Shown: one piece after another, positions 42,941 to 51,381 of the stretch
Layout of the letters: the number at the start of each line of letters is the position of its first letter
How positions within the stretch are numbered: the first letter of the stretch is position 1
Origin: an uncultured Solirubrobacterales bacterium
GTDB taxonomy: Bacteria; Actinomycetota; Thermoleophilia; Solirubrobacterales; 70-9
Length of the DNA: 64,000 bases
Direction of reading: 5' to 3'
NCBI GenBank assembly: GCA_963837695.1
Contig: CAWINZ010000005.1
Location: 220,155 to 284,154 of the forward strand
Position numbers and translations under genes: made by a program
Notes under the pieces: model-generated
What the model was told of the DNA's origin: nothing
The model's database searches: none
Seen by the model: the letters and a program-made list of their open reading frames with translations, nothing else

Positions 42941-43099
42941 TGCGTGCTCGGCCGAGCTTTGGCTCTGCTGCCCTTCGAGCCACACGGATAGGTCCGCCCC
43001 AGTCAGGAAATCAGCGTGTGAGGTCAAGACAGGGCTCGGATGCAAGGCACGAGATCAATGTAGTGGCGGCCGGCGCCGGCAAGCGCGTCGACTGGCCAG

Positions 43100-45247
43100 C
43101 TAAGCCGCCAGGGACCAGAGATTCCAATCTCCGGCCCCCTTCAACTCTAGCTTGCCCATTTTGGCCCAGTCGAAATCGTGGGCGTTGATCCTGACCCGAT
43201 CATCCGTTACCACCAGGTTCGGCCGCGCCTGATCGCAAATGCGAGCCGCGACGTCCACATCGCGGCCGCGGAGATTTCCGAATTGATCCTTTCTCGCCAC
43301 ACCTTTGGTGAGGCCGGCCCGCGCCACGAGCTTGTCGCTGCCCGGATCAATGACCAAGTCCCTAAGGCACTTGATCGCAGCCATCGGCTCCTCAAATGCA
43401 AGAAGAAAGCCGTCTCCCGTGTCGTTGATGCGCATGCCCTTGTATTTCTTGAGGAGGCTGCGCATGCGCTTCTCGTGTGCGTTCCACTCCAGGGCATAGG
43501 CTTTCTCACCAAGCCGTCCCTTCGCATCCGTTGCACCGGTGAGATCGGTGAACGCGATCACCGTCTCCACCTCTTCAGTGGATGCAAGATCTGAAGCGTC
43601 GTAGGACCGCGAGGCTACATAGGTGATGAACTGCGATTTGTCCGCCCTTCCTTTCGCCGACAGGTTGTGGAAGGACTTCACACTGCGAAACCCCGACTCT
43701 TCAAGCAAGCCGACAAGCTGTTTGCGTTTGAACGGCAGCACGTCGAACGTCCCGACTGGCTTTCCGCTGCTTGAGCGGATGTACTCAAGCGTTAGGACGT
43801 CGTTGTCGATACCGGGCAACTCTGGCATGCTCTTCGGTCGCGCCCGAATCGTGTTGCTGCAGTAGACCACGCGTCCCGGAAAGCGAAAGTCCGGCTTCGC
43901 CATCTGCCGACGCTCGTCGAACATCGTCGGGTAATTGCGCTCATCGACGATCAACAACCCTTCCGGTCGCAGTAGGTAGGCAAAGCGCGTCAGAACCGCT
44001 CGCACGTCGCTGACCGTGCGCAGGCAGCTCAACGAGTTGCCCAAGGCTAAAAGTATGTCGAAAGTCTCTGGCTCGGCCAGATGCTCAAAGTGGCGCCAAT
44101 CAAAGCGGGTCAGGCTGAGGGGCGACCCGCCTTCCCGCTCCGAAAGCTCGGTCGCATGTGCGATCAGCCTCGCATCGATCTCGTTCGAGACAACCCGGTG
44201 CCCTTTGGAAAGCAGGTACGCCGAATCGCAGCCGACCCCGGTGGCGGCGTCGAGGACTGTCGCCTGAGCGAGGCCAATTTCCTCGATCCTGGCCTCCACG
44301 AACGGGCCCAGTTTGGTTACCCTTCTTTCAGGCGCAACAAACTCGTCCCAGACGTCTGCGAGTAGCGGCTCGAACATGCTGTCGAGGCTCCAGAGGATGT
44401 GCTCCTGCAGATCCGTTGGCACGTCGTCGGTAACAATCGTGTCATTGTTGAGGCTGACCAGTTCCGCTTGTTCGACGAGGCGGGCCACGTATCGCAGATA
44501 TGCCCGGAACCTGTCATCGAAGGGGTAGACAAGCTCCAAACGCAATCTGTTGTTGTTCGGCTTGACGTTTTCCTCAAAAAGCAGTGCGCAGGTGTTCACC
44601 CACAGGCCGAGATCACCGGTCCACTCTTCGTTCAGGACAGCATCGTGAATCAGCGCGTGCTTCTGGGGCTCGATGCACAGAGGGGTGATGTGGTGCCGTT
44701 TGTGCTCTTGAAAATATCGCCTGGCAAGGTCCGGATTACTGTCGAAATCCGCCTGCAGCGCCTTTACGGATTGGGGGATGATTCTCACGGACCTGGGAGC
44801 GTGGCACTCATGATGCGCAACAGTTGAAGAGAGATCGTCGTGGTCCTCGGGATCGCCCTCTGCGAGGTTGCCAAGCAGAAAGGGGTGGACCTGGAGAAAG
44901 CGACTCGGTGGGTGCGAGTCCACCCCGATGTAGATGTCTTGGATGGTGCTGTAGAACAGCGAGACGACGGCCTCCATCTGGTGGAGCGGAATCCGGATCT
45001 CCTGCTGTGCAGGGATGGCGTCGCCTTTCCCTCTGAGCAGGTCGACGAGCTGCTGCCCTGAGTTATCGAGGAACGCCTCCATGATCTCCTCTGCGACTCG
45101 CTGGTCATGGGCGATGGGACGCCGTCGCCCATTGGGAATCTCGATGCCGAGCTTCGACAACAGTTCAATGAACCGGAGCTCCAGTTTGGAGGAAGATTCT
45201 TTGTCTCGTCGAGAGTCAGACATAAAACACAGAAGTTCGTTTACCAA
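43100..45247 (-). CDS. three-module fusion protein: unknown N-domain, GNMT-like class I SAM methyltransferase, class III nucleotide cyclase
   Basis: MTase motifs: VLDAATGVGCDS, VVSNEID, FDILLALGNSLSCL, RPEGLLIVDERNY. Cyclase motifs: VIAFTDLTGAT, INDTGDGFLLAF, ARAGLTKG, GRDVDVAARI, ELKGAG. The listed start is TTG; the ATG at 45223 (MSDSRRDK) is the likelier start. Confidence 0.85.
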   Translation of the reverse strand: MVNELLCFMSDSRRDKESSSKLELRFIELLSKLGIEIPNGRRRPIAHDQRVAEEIMEAFLDNSGQQLVDLLRGKGDAIPAQQEIRIPLHQMEAVVSLFYSTIQDIYIGVDSHPPSRFLQVHPFLLGNLAEGDPEDHDDLSSTVAHHECHAPRSVRIIPQSVKALQADFDSNPDLARRYFQEHKRHHITPLCIEPQKHALIHDAVLNEEWTGDLGLWVNTCALLFEENVKPNNNRLRLELVYPFDDRFRAYLRYVARLVEQAELVSLNNDTIVTDDVPTDLQEHILWSLDSMFEPLLADVWDEFVAPERRVTKLGPFVEARIEEIGLAQATVLDAATGVGCDSAYLLSKGHRVVSNEIDARLIAHATELSEREGGSPLSLTRFDWRHFEHLAEPETFDILLALGNSLSCLRTVSDVRAVLTRFAYLLRPEGLLIVDERNYPTMFDERRQMAKPDFRFPGRVVYCSNTIRARPKSMPELPGIDNDVLTLEYIRSSSGKPVGTFDVLPFKRKQLVGLLEESGFRSVKSFHNLSAKGRADKSQFITYVASRSYDASDLASTEEVETVIAFTDLTGATDAKGRLGEKAYALEWNAHEKRMRSLLKKYKGMRINDTGDGFLLAFEEPMAAIKCLRDLVIDPGSDKLVARAGLTKGVARKDQFGNLRGRDVDVAARICDQARPNLVVTDDRVRINAHDFDWAKMGKLELKGAGDWNLWSLAA

Positions 45248-45414
45248 ACTGGCGGAGTTGCGGCAATCTAACGCATGAAGCCGACGACCACACGTCTGCG
45301 AATGGCCTCAGGCCTATCTAAGCCAGCGCATCACTCAGCTTGGCGCGGCAAGGATGGACGCGGTCTGCTTAACACTTAGCCAAGGCCACAAGTTGCGGCT
45401 GATCCCTCGGAAGA

Positions 45415-47415
45415 TCAATTTTTATCCTCGCTGGTTGCCGGGGCAAACCAGTGCCGCAGGGTCCGCCTCACACGCGGGGTTAGATTGGCGGCAAGCCAGG
45501 CGCGAGCAACCAAGAAATTCCAACCGGTCACAAGGCTGACGACGCCGCTGAGGGTAAGGAGGAACACAAGTCCCGAGCCGAGGGGAACTAGCTTTGACCA
45601 CGATGAGGGAAAGAGGCCCTGGGCGGCTGCGGCACAGGCGGCGATAAGCAGCAAGAGGGCGAATCCAAAGGCCGTCCACGAGATCGCGGAAGCCAACTGG
45701 TCGGCACGAGCGTCGAGACGGTCGGCGTGGCGGGTGGCGACGCGCTCGGCCCGCGCAGCCTCGGCGCTCGCGCGATCCTTTTCGGCCGCTACGGCGGCGT
45801 CGGAACGCTTGCGAAGCGCTCGCTCCCGCTTAAGCTCGTCCTCCACCTCCGCCCGCGCTGCCTGCTCGGCACGACGAAGAACCTCAGTGATGGTGCCAGC
45901 AGCGACAGCCTCAACGTCGCCGTCGGTGGCATTCATCAACTCGAGGCGGGCATCAGGCGAGAACAGCAGGAGACCGACCTGCTCCTCGCTAAGCTCGCCG
46001 CGCTCTTGTAGACGGCGGATCTCGGTCAGGTATTTGCGCCAGACATCCTCAGGCGGATTCAGGGCCGCATAGCTGATTGCGATGATCTGCCGACGAGGAA
46101 GATCAGAGGCTTGCGATGGGTTCATCAGCCAGACGATTGCGGCAAGGCTGTAGTCAGACATGCAGACCGGCACTGAACGGTGCCCGAAAATCTCGGCGAA
46201 GAAGGCGCGAGAGACGTGAGCTAGCGTGGTGTTGGTCGTAACAAGCAGCGCGTCGGCGCTCTCGATGTGGCGGCGAACCTCACCGCTGCGAAGCCGATAG
46301 ATCGCAGCCAGGGAGTCGAGATCCTTGACCATGGTGCCGTGAAGACGGTAGTGGACGCCATCTTTCAACGCCCTTCCCAACTCCTTCTCCGAAAGTTCAA
46401 TCTCTTCCGTGCGCTCGGGCGTGCCGACAACTTCGATCGCACGAGCGTCGAGCCGTTCGCTGAGCGCCGCGATGTCCATCTCGACATCGCTGCGGCTTAG
46501 GCTCTTCGACGCGAAGTAGTCGACCACATCGCCAGGGACATGGTCCTTCTTTCGTCCGGTGCGGTAGGTAGCAGCCGCGCCATCGAGGACTCCCTCGACC
46601 TCATGCAGGGTGTGCTCGAAGATGCGCAGCTTGGCGTCCTCTCCCGCCAGCAAGTCAACCAGTTCTTCGACCGGCTCCCTGTACTGCTCCTCGGCGTATC
46701 CCAGTGCGCGCAGAACGACTGGCGTATCGAGGTAGACCTCAACATCGGACAAGCGAGCACGGCCACCCGAGAACGTCTCCGGCAGAAAAAGAACGTTGGC
46801 CAACATGGATCCCTTGACAATCGTCGCCAAGTACTCGAAGGCCTGCGGCTCCTTGTGACAAAGATCGAGGACGAACCGACTGGTGACAACCGCGCCCTCG
46901 GACTCGATCTTAGGCAGCTCGACGACCGGTTCGCCGTCCACCACCGCGCCAAGTACCGGCTCAGCGAGAACCTCGACGTAGCCGAGTAGGGCCCGCTCAG
47001 CCTGCTCCTCGCTCCACTCGCGCCCCACGCCAGCAGCGAAATCGACCAGGAGGCCAACCAGATGGTTGTGCTGGCGGACAACATCTTCCCGCTCGGAGCC
47101 GAGGTCGAACTCGCGCAAAGCCTCCGGAATGCGTTCATAGGCACCGTGGCGACGACGAAGCAACCCATCGCGGGACATGCGGCCAAGGATCGTCTGCAGG
47201 GCACCCTGCGGGATGTGAAGGCCGAAGTCGCTGGCAACCAAAGCCTTGGTGTCGGGCAACGAAATCTTCTCGTGCTCCCCGCGGCGAATGCAGTCAGCGA
47301 CAATCGGGACGAAGTTGGCTATGTAGTCCTTGTCCTCATCCCAGTTGACCTTGATCACGGCCAAGGCCGAAATCGCCTTGAGAAGATCCACTGGAAGCAC
47401 GGCGGGCGCACTCAT
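45415..47415 (-). CDS. 666-aa protein of unknown function with Ala/Arg/Glu-rich coiled coil and two C-terminal TM helices (effector candidate)
   Basis: Long clean ORF in lower-GC DNA. The C-terminus has AISWTAFGFALLLLIAACAAAAQGLF and LVPLGSGLVFLLTLSGVVSLVTGW. Confidence 0.8.
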   Translation of the reverse strand: MSAPAVLPVDLLKAISALAVIKVNWDEDKDYIANFVPIVADCIRRGEHEKISLPDTKALVASDFGLHIPQGALQTILGRMSRDGLLRRRHGAYERIPEALREFDLGSEREDVVRQHNHLVGLLVDFAAGVGREWSEEQAERALLGYVEVLAEPVLGAVVDGEPVVELPKIESEGAVVTSRFVLDLCHKEPQAFEYLATIVKGSMLANVLFLPETFSGGRARLSDVEVYLDTPVVLRALGYAEEQYREPVEELVDLLAGEDAKLRIFEHTLHEVEGVLDGAAATYRTGRKKDHVPGDVVDYFASKSLSRSDVEMDIAALSERLDARAIEVVGTPERTEEIELSEKELGRALKDGVHYRLHGTMVKDLDSLAAIYRLRSGEVRRHIESADALLVTTNTTLAHVSRAFFAEIFGHRSVPVCMSDYSLAAIVWLMNPSQASDLPRRQIIAISYAALNPPEDVWRKYLTEIRRLQERGELSEEQVGLLLFSPDARLELMNATDGDVEAVAAGTITEVLRRAEQAARAEVEDELKRERALRKRSDAAVAAEKDRASAEAARAERVATRHADRLDARADQLASAISWTAFGFALLLLIAACAAAAQGLFPSSWSKLVPLGSGLVFLLTLSGVVSLVTGWNFLVARAWLAANLTPRVRRTLRHWFAPATSEDKN

Positions 47416-47614
47416 AACGCGCGCCCTCTTGCCGCGACGATGCGCTCGCTAAAGCTCACACGACCCCTTCCCGCCTTCAAGGCACAGACCCTCCCCGAAT
47501 GTCATTTTTCCCAGGCAGCCAGGCTACGCGGCATCAGGACTTCGAGCGTTCTCGTACCTGCAATTTCCGGTACTTAATTGATCCGGTCCCGACGCTCTGC
47601 GACGCCAAACGCAG

Positions 47615-48829
47615 TCAAGGCTCTTCGCCACGGCGTCGGTGCGACAGATCGAGCGCCGGCGCCTCGTCGCCGGGCAGCAGATGCGTGTAGCGGGTCAGCG
47701 TGAAGGCGGGCGAGTGGTGGCCGAGGGCTCGGCTCAGTTGGAGGAGGTTGGTGCCCTGGGCCAGATGGAGCGAGGCGAAGGTGTGGCGGAACGTGTGGAA
47801 GCCCGCCCATGGGGCGCCTGCCTCCTCTGCGAGGGGCTTGAGGACGCGGCGACGGAGGTTGCCCGGGTGGAGCGGGCCTCCGGCCTCATTGGGGAAGGCG
47901 AGGGCGGTCGAGTCCTGATCGGGCTGGGCGGCGAGATGGTCGCGCAAGCTCGCCGCCACCGATGCCGGTAGGCGGACCTCGCGTCGGCCGTGCCTGCTCT
48001 TGGGCGGCTCGATCCGATCGCGGACGATGGCGCGGCGGATGCAGACCTCGGGCTCGGGGCCGTCAAGCTGAAGGTGCAGGCGCTGGAGGGCGAGCGCCTC
48101 GCTGATCCGCAGGCCGCAGCTCGCCAGGAGCTCGAAGAGCGGGCGGTGGCGCTCGGGGGCTGTCGCCAGGAGCGCTGAGAGCTGCTCGCGGCTGAAGACC
48201 TTGATCTCCTCGCCCTCGTCCTCGAGCCGCTCGCGCTGGGGCAGCGCGAGGCCCTGAGCGGGGTTGTGGCGGATCAGGCCCTCGCGCTTGGCGGTCGCCA
48301 GGGCGGCGCGGATCGGTATCGCGACGTTGGCGATCGTGCGGTCGCTGAGGCGCTTGCCCTGCTCCTGCTCGTCGGCGAGCCAGTCGAGGAAGCGGGCGAG
48401 CTGGTAGGCGCTCAGCTCGGTGAGCTTCAGCCTGCCGGAGAAATAGCGGCGGGCGTAGATGCGGATCAGGCGCCGGTATTCGTCGCGGGTGTTCTCGCGG
48501 AAGCCCCGGCGGCCCTGGCCCCGATAGCGCTCGACCCACTCCTCCAGGTAGCGCAGGAAGGAGATCGTCGTGCGCTCCTGCAGCTCGCCGCGGTCGCGGT
48601 CGGTCTCGCTCTCGCGCTTGATCCGCTTTGCCTCCTCGTAGGTGCGGGCGCTGCGCTTGCGCTGCCTGCCGGCGCTGCGGAAGACGCAGACGTAGCCGAT
48701 CACGTCGCCGCCGGCGCCGAGCCGCTTGAAGACGCCTGGCGTCTTGGTCTTCTGGAGCCGCCGCTTGTCACCGCAGCCTGGACCGGCCGCAAGGGCCGAC
48801 GTATCCTGGGAAACGCTCATGAGCATCAC
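47615..48829 (-). CDS. int: tyrosine recombinase / phage-type integrase (element E3b)
   Basis: Differs from the E2 integrase by six substitutions plus a different C-terminal tail. Confidence 0.9.
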   Translation of the reverse strand: MMLMSVSQDTSALAAGPGCGDKRRLQKTKTPGVFKRLGAGGDVIGYVCVFRSAGRQRKRSARTYEEAKRIKRESETDRDRGELQERTTISFLRYLEEWVERYRGQGRRGFRENTRDEYRRLIRIYARRYFSGRLKLTELSAYQLARFLDWLADEQEQGKRLSDRTIANVAIPIRAALATAKREGLIRHNPAQGLALPQRERLEDEGEEIKVFSREQLSALLATAPERHRPLFELLASCGLRISEALALQRLHLQLDGPEPEVCIRRAIVRDRIEPPKSRHGRREVRLPASVAASLRDHLAAQPDQDSTALAFPNEAGGPLHPGNLRRRVLKPLAEEAGAPWAGFHTFRHTFASLHLAQGTNLLQLSRALGHHSPAFTLTRYTHLLPGDEAPALDLSHRRRGEEP

Positions 48830-48940
48830 CTCGTGAGCCGGGGGCGGGCCGTTAGCGCGGCGCCGCCCCGTTTTGCGTTGTCGGACAAGACGTTAACAGG
48901 AAGATGCGGCCTGTCAGCCTGCTCCAACGATGGAGAGATG

Positions 48941-49012
48941 GGTTCGCTATGGGGTTCGCACTGCGGTTCGCACTGTAGTTCGCACTGCGGTTCGCACTGC
49001 ACTTCGCATGAG
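48941..49012. repeat. six tandem 12-bp repeats (same array as 39741..39812)
   Basis: Identical sequence at an offset of 9200 nt. Confidence 0.85.
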
Positions 49013-49070
49013 CCGATGCCGAAACCGAGGCAAAGCCGCATTGGAAGAGGCTTTGCGGCGACCACGCTTT

Positions 49071-49723
49071 GCTGACTTCTATATGTCGAACTAGCTTCTT
49101 TCCAGATTCGCTGTCGGTTGCCCTCGGGCTCGCGGTCCGTCCGCATCCGTCAGCCTCGCCGTGGCTCTGCTGATCTTCGCCTGCCGGTCCCCCCCGGCGC
49201 GGCTCGTCGTCACTCGCCGCGCGTCGCCCCCATCCGGCTCCGACGCGGTTTCCGCTGGGGTTTACCCAGACGTTGACACCGGGGTTGCCCGTGCGGTTGA
49301 CACAGCCGATCGACCGGGGACGTGCGAAGCCGCCTGTGGCGCGGCGTTGCGACGACTCCCGTTCGCTGACATCTATTTGTCGAACCGATCAAGCGGGAGG
49401 CCTGCCAGCGGCAGTCAGAGCGCTTCGTTGCATGCTCGTCTTGCGGCTCGTTTCGTGGCTCGTTTCGTAGCTCGTTTCGTAGCTCGTTTCGTAGCTCGTT
49501 TCGTGGCTCGCACGAACCGGAGTCGGTGGCGGCGCAAAGTCGCTTGCCATCTGGCATTGCGGCCGTGCCGCTTCGCTGACATCTATCTGTGGAACTAGCT
49601 TCTTTCCAGATTCGCTGTCGGTTGCCTCAGGCTCGCGGACCGTCCGCGTCCGTCAGCCTCGCCGTGGCTCTGCTGATCTTCGCCTGCCGGTCCCCCCGGC
49701 GCGGCTCGTTGTCACTCGCCGCG
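49071..49723. repeat. ~150-bp direct repeats (49071-49221 and 49575-49723) bracketing a ~350-bp insert absent from E2
   Basis: Both copies align to the single E2 segment at ~39871-40021 (gctgac.tctat.tgt.gaactagcttctttccagattcgctgtcggttgcc...). Confidence 0.8.
49445..49516. repeat. second, different 12-bp tandem array ((g/a)GCTCGTTTCGT x5 plus one degenerate unit)
   Basis: Units read directly: ggctcgtttcgt x2, agctcgtttcgt x3, ggctcgcacgaa. Confidence 0.85.
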
Positions 49724-50008
49724 GGTCTGTGCGTCGCTCGACGGCGGGCTGTCGATCTCGTAGCGCCCGTCCCCCGTTCCGACGAAGCTCGGCCTGTAGG
49801 AGATGCCGTCGAGCAGCTCGGCGGGCGAGACCGAGAGCGCGCCTGCGAGTCTGACGACGACATCCAGGGTGGGGACGTTGATCTGCCGCTCGTATTTCCG
49901 GACGGCGTCGCGGCTGAGCGAGGCGCGGAGCGCCAGCCCTTCCTGGGTGAGACCCGCACGCTTGCGGAGGCCGATCAGGTTCTCGGCGAAACGGGCCTGG
50001 AAGCTCAC
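49712..50008 (-). CDS. XRE-family HTH regulator (identical to 40009..40305)
   Basis: The listed ORF 49712..50074 is identical in protein sequence to the E2 copy. Trimmed in the same way. Confidence 0.7.
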   Translation of the reverse strand: MSFQARFAENLIGLRKRAGLTQEGLALRASLSRDAVRKYERQINVPTLDVVVRLAGALSVSPAELLDGISYRPSFVGTGDGRYEIDSPPSSDAQTRGE

Positions 50009-50294
50009 GGCGCCTGCTGCGGATCGTCCACCTCGAAGCGGCCCTCCACGACCTCGACGTGTCCGGGCGTCCACTTGAAGCCGGCGAGGAGGTCGCCCAC
50101 GGGGACCGAGACAGCGCCCGCGAGCCTGACGATCGTGTCGATCCTCGGCGTCCGCGCTCCCCGCTCCAGCAGCCCGATCGCCGTGCGATGGAGCCCGGCC
50201 CGGTAGCCGAGCTCTTCCTGAGAAGCCCAGCCTGCTCGCGGCAGCGGGCGAGGTTGCGGCCGAACTGGGCGGCGACCTCGGCTGAACGCTTCAA
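50005..50294 (-). pseudogene. XRE-family HTH gene with the same -1 frameshift as 40302..40591
   Basis: Same DNA at an offset of 9703 (cttcctgagaagcccagcct at 50211-50230). Confidence 0.55.
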
Positions 50295-50668
50295 AGGAGA
50301 AGGCCCTCGGGCACTTCGGCTGGCCCGCCCTTGACCAGCGTGGCGACGATCACGCCGCTGCGGCTCGTGTGCCCGCCCTCGACCGTCCAGCGGTCGCTGA
50401 TCTGGCCCGCCGTGAGGACCGGCATGCCGCCGCGCAGCTTCTCGACCTCCCGCCGACCCGCCGGGACTTCGACCAGGCAGCTCGCGCAGCGCCACAGCGA
50501 GCGCGGGCAGTCGGGGTCGGTCACTGGGAACTCGATCCGCAGAAGCGTCACGCGCTCGCCCACGGGGCTGCGGCCCTCCTGAGGGTCGGCGCTCAGCCTG
50601 CCGGTGAGGACGGCGTGGTTGATCTCGGGCGGCCCTCCCGTGGGGAGCGGAGCGCTGCCCGCGATCAC
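50291..50668 (-). CDS. SSB-like OB-fold protein (mosaic paralogue of 40588..40977)
   Basis: The C-terminal half is identical to the E2 copy. The N-terminal half is diverged and 4 aa shorter. Confidence 0.55.
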   Translation of the reverse strand: MIAGSAPLPTGGPPEINHAVLTGRLSADPQEGRSPVGERVTLLRIEFPVTDPDCPRSLWRCASCLVEVPAGRREVEKLRGGMPVLTAGQISDRWTVEGGHTSRSGVIVATLVKGGPAEVPEGLLL

Positions 50669-51069
50669 TCCGCTTCCTCGCGCCTGCGGATCTCGAGCAG
50701 CACTTCGGCGCCCGCGTCGAGGACCAACTCGTAGCGCTGACGATTGGCCTCGTCGACCTCGCGGGCCTCATGCTCGTCCGCCGACTCGCCCAGGGCGCCC
50801 TGGGCGTCGCCGCGCAGCCGGTTCATGATCGCCGTCAACTCGCCGGGCGGAATCGTCAGCGGGACCGCTATGCGCTCGTCCGGTCCCCAGCCGATGTCAT
50901 CGAGCAGGCGGAAGTCCTCGGCGAACTCCCTGGCAAGCCGCCTGGCGGTTTCGACGTCCCCGCGGTCGATTGCTATCCGCACGTCTCCGAGGCCGCCCAA
51001 ATGCTCAATCAGGAGCTCGTGGACGGCATCTCGTTTCTTGCCGGTGATCACTGCGACCACCTCGGTCAT
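50665..51069 (-). CDS. hypothetical 134-aa backbone protein (diverged paralogue of 40974..41378)
   Basis: ORF trimmed to MTEVVAVITGKKRD, which follows the RBS GGAAGGAGA. Confidence 0.6.
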   Translation of the reverse strand: MTEVVAVITGKKRDAVHELLIEHLGGLGDVRIAIDRGDVETARRLAREFAEDFRLLDDIGWGPDERIAVPLTIPPGELTAIMNRLRGDAQGALGESADEHEAREVDEANRQRYELVLDAGAEVLLEIRRREEAE

Positions 51070-51349
51070 GGCGTTCTCCTTCCGGTCGGGCACCGAAAGA
51101 GCCGCCGCGGATGCCGCCCCCATAGGGCTACGGCGGTACCGTCTCTCCCGCATCGAAGGTGATCCCTTCGGTGCCGGCCCCGGGGCGTTTGCGCGCTGCC
51201 GGGGCGCTTTTCTTCAGTTGTCGCGGCCGAACGTAGGTGGACGGGAGCGCCGTCTCAAGGCCCGCCGCCGACCCTCGCTCGCTTCTCATGTTGCCCCAGG
51301 CGTTGCCCCAGCGGCAATCTCGCACTGTTCGAGTGACCCTCGAAAAGCC

Positions 51350-51376
51350 GCAATCCCGCTTCACAAGCGGGATTGC
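51350..51376 (-). terminator. 10-bp stem hairpin just downstream of tRNA-Arg (element-borne; also present at R2 and R3)
   Basis: gcaatcccgc / ttcacaa / gcgggattgc read directly. Confidence 0.5.
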
Positions 51377-51381
51377 CGGAG

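Noticed and set aside
49161-49598. 145-aa ORF with ARFVARFVARFV repeats, and the antisense ORF 49210..49557
   Set aside because: It is a translation artefact of the GCTCGTTTCGT tandem array inside a duplicated non-coding segment.
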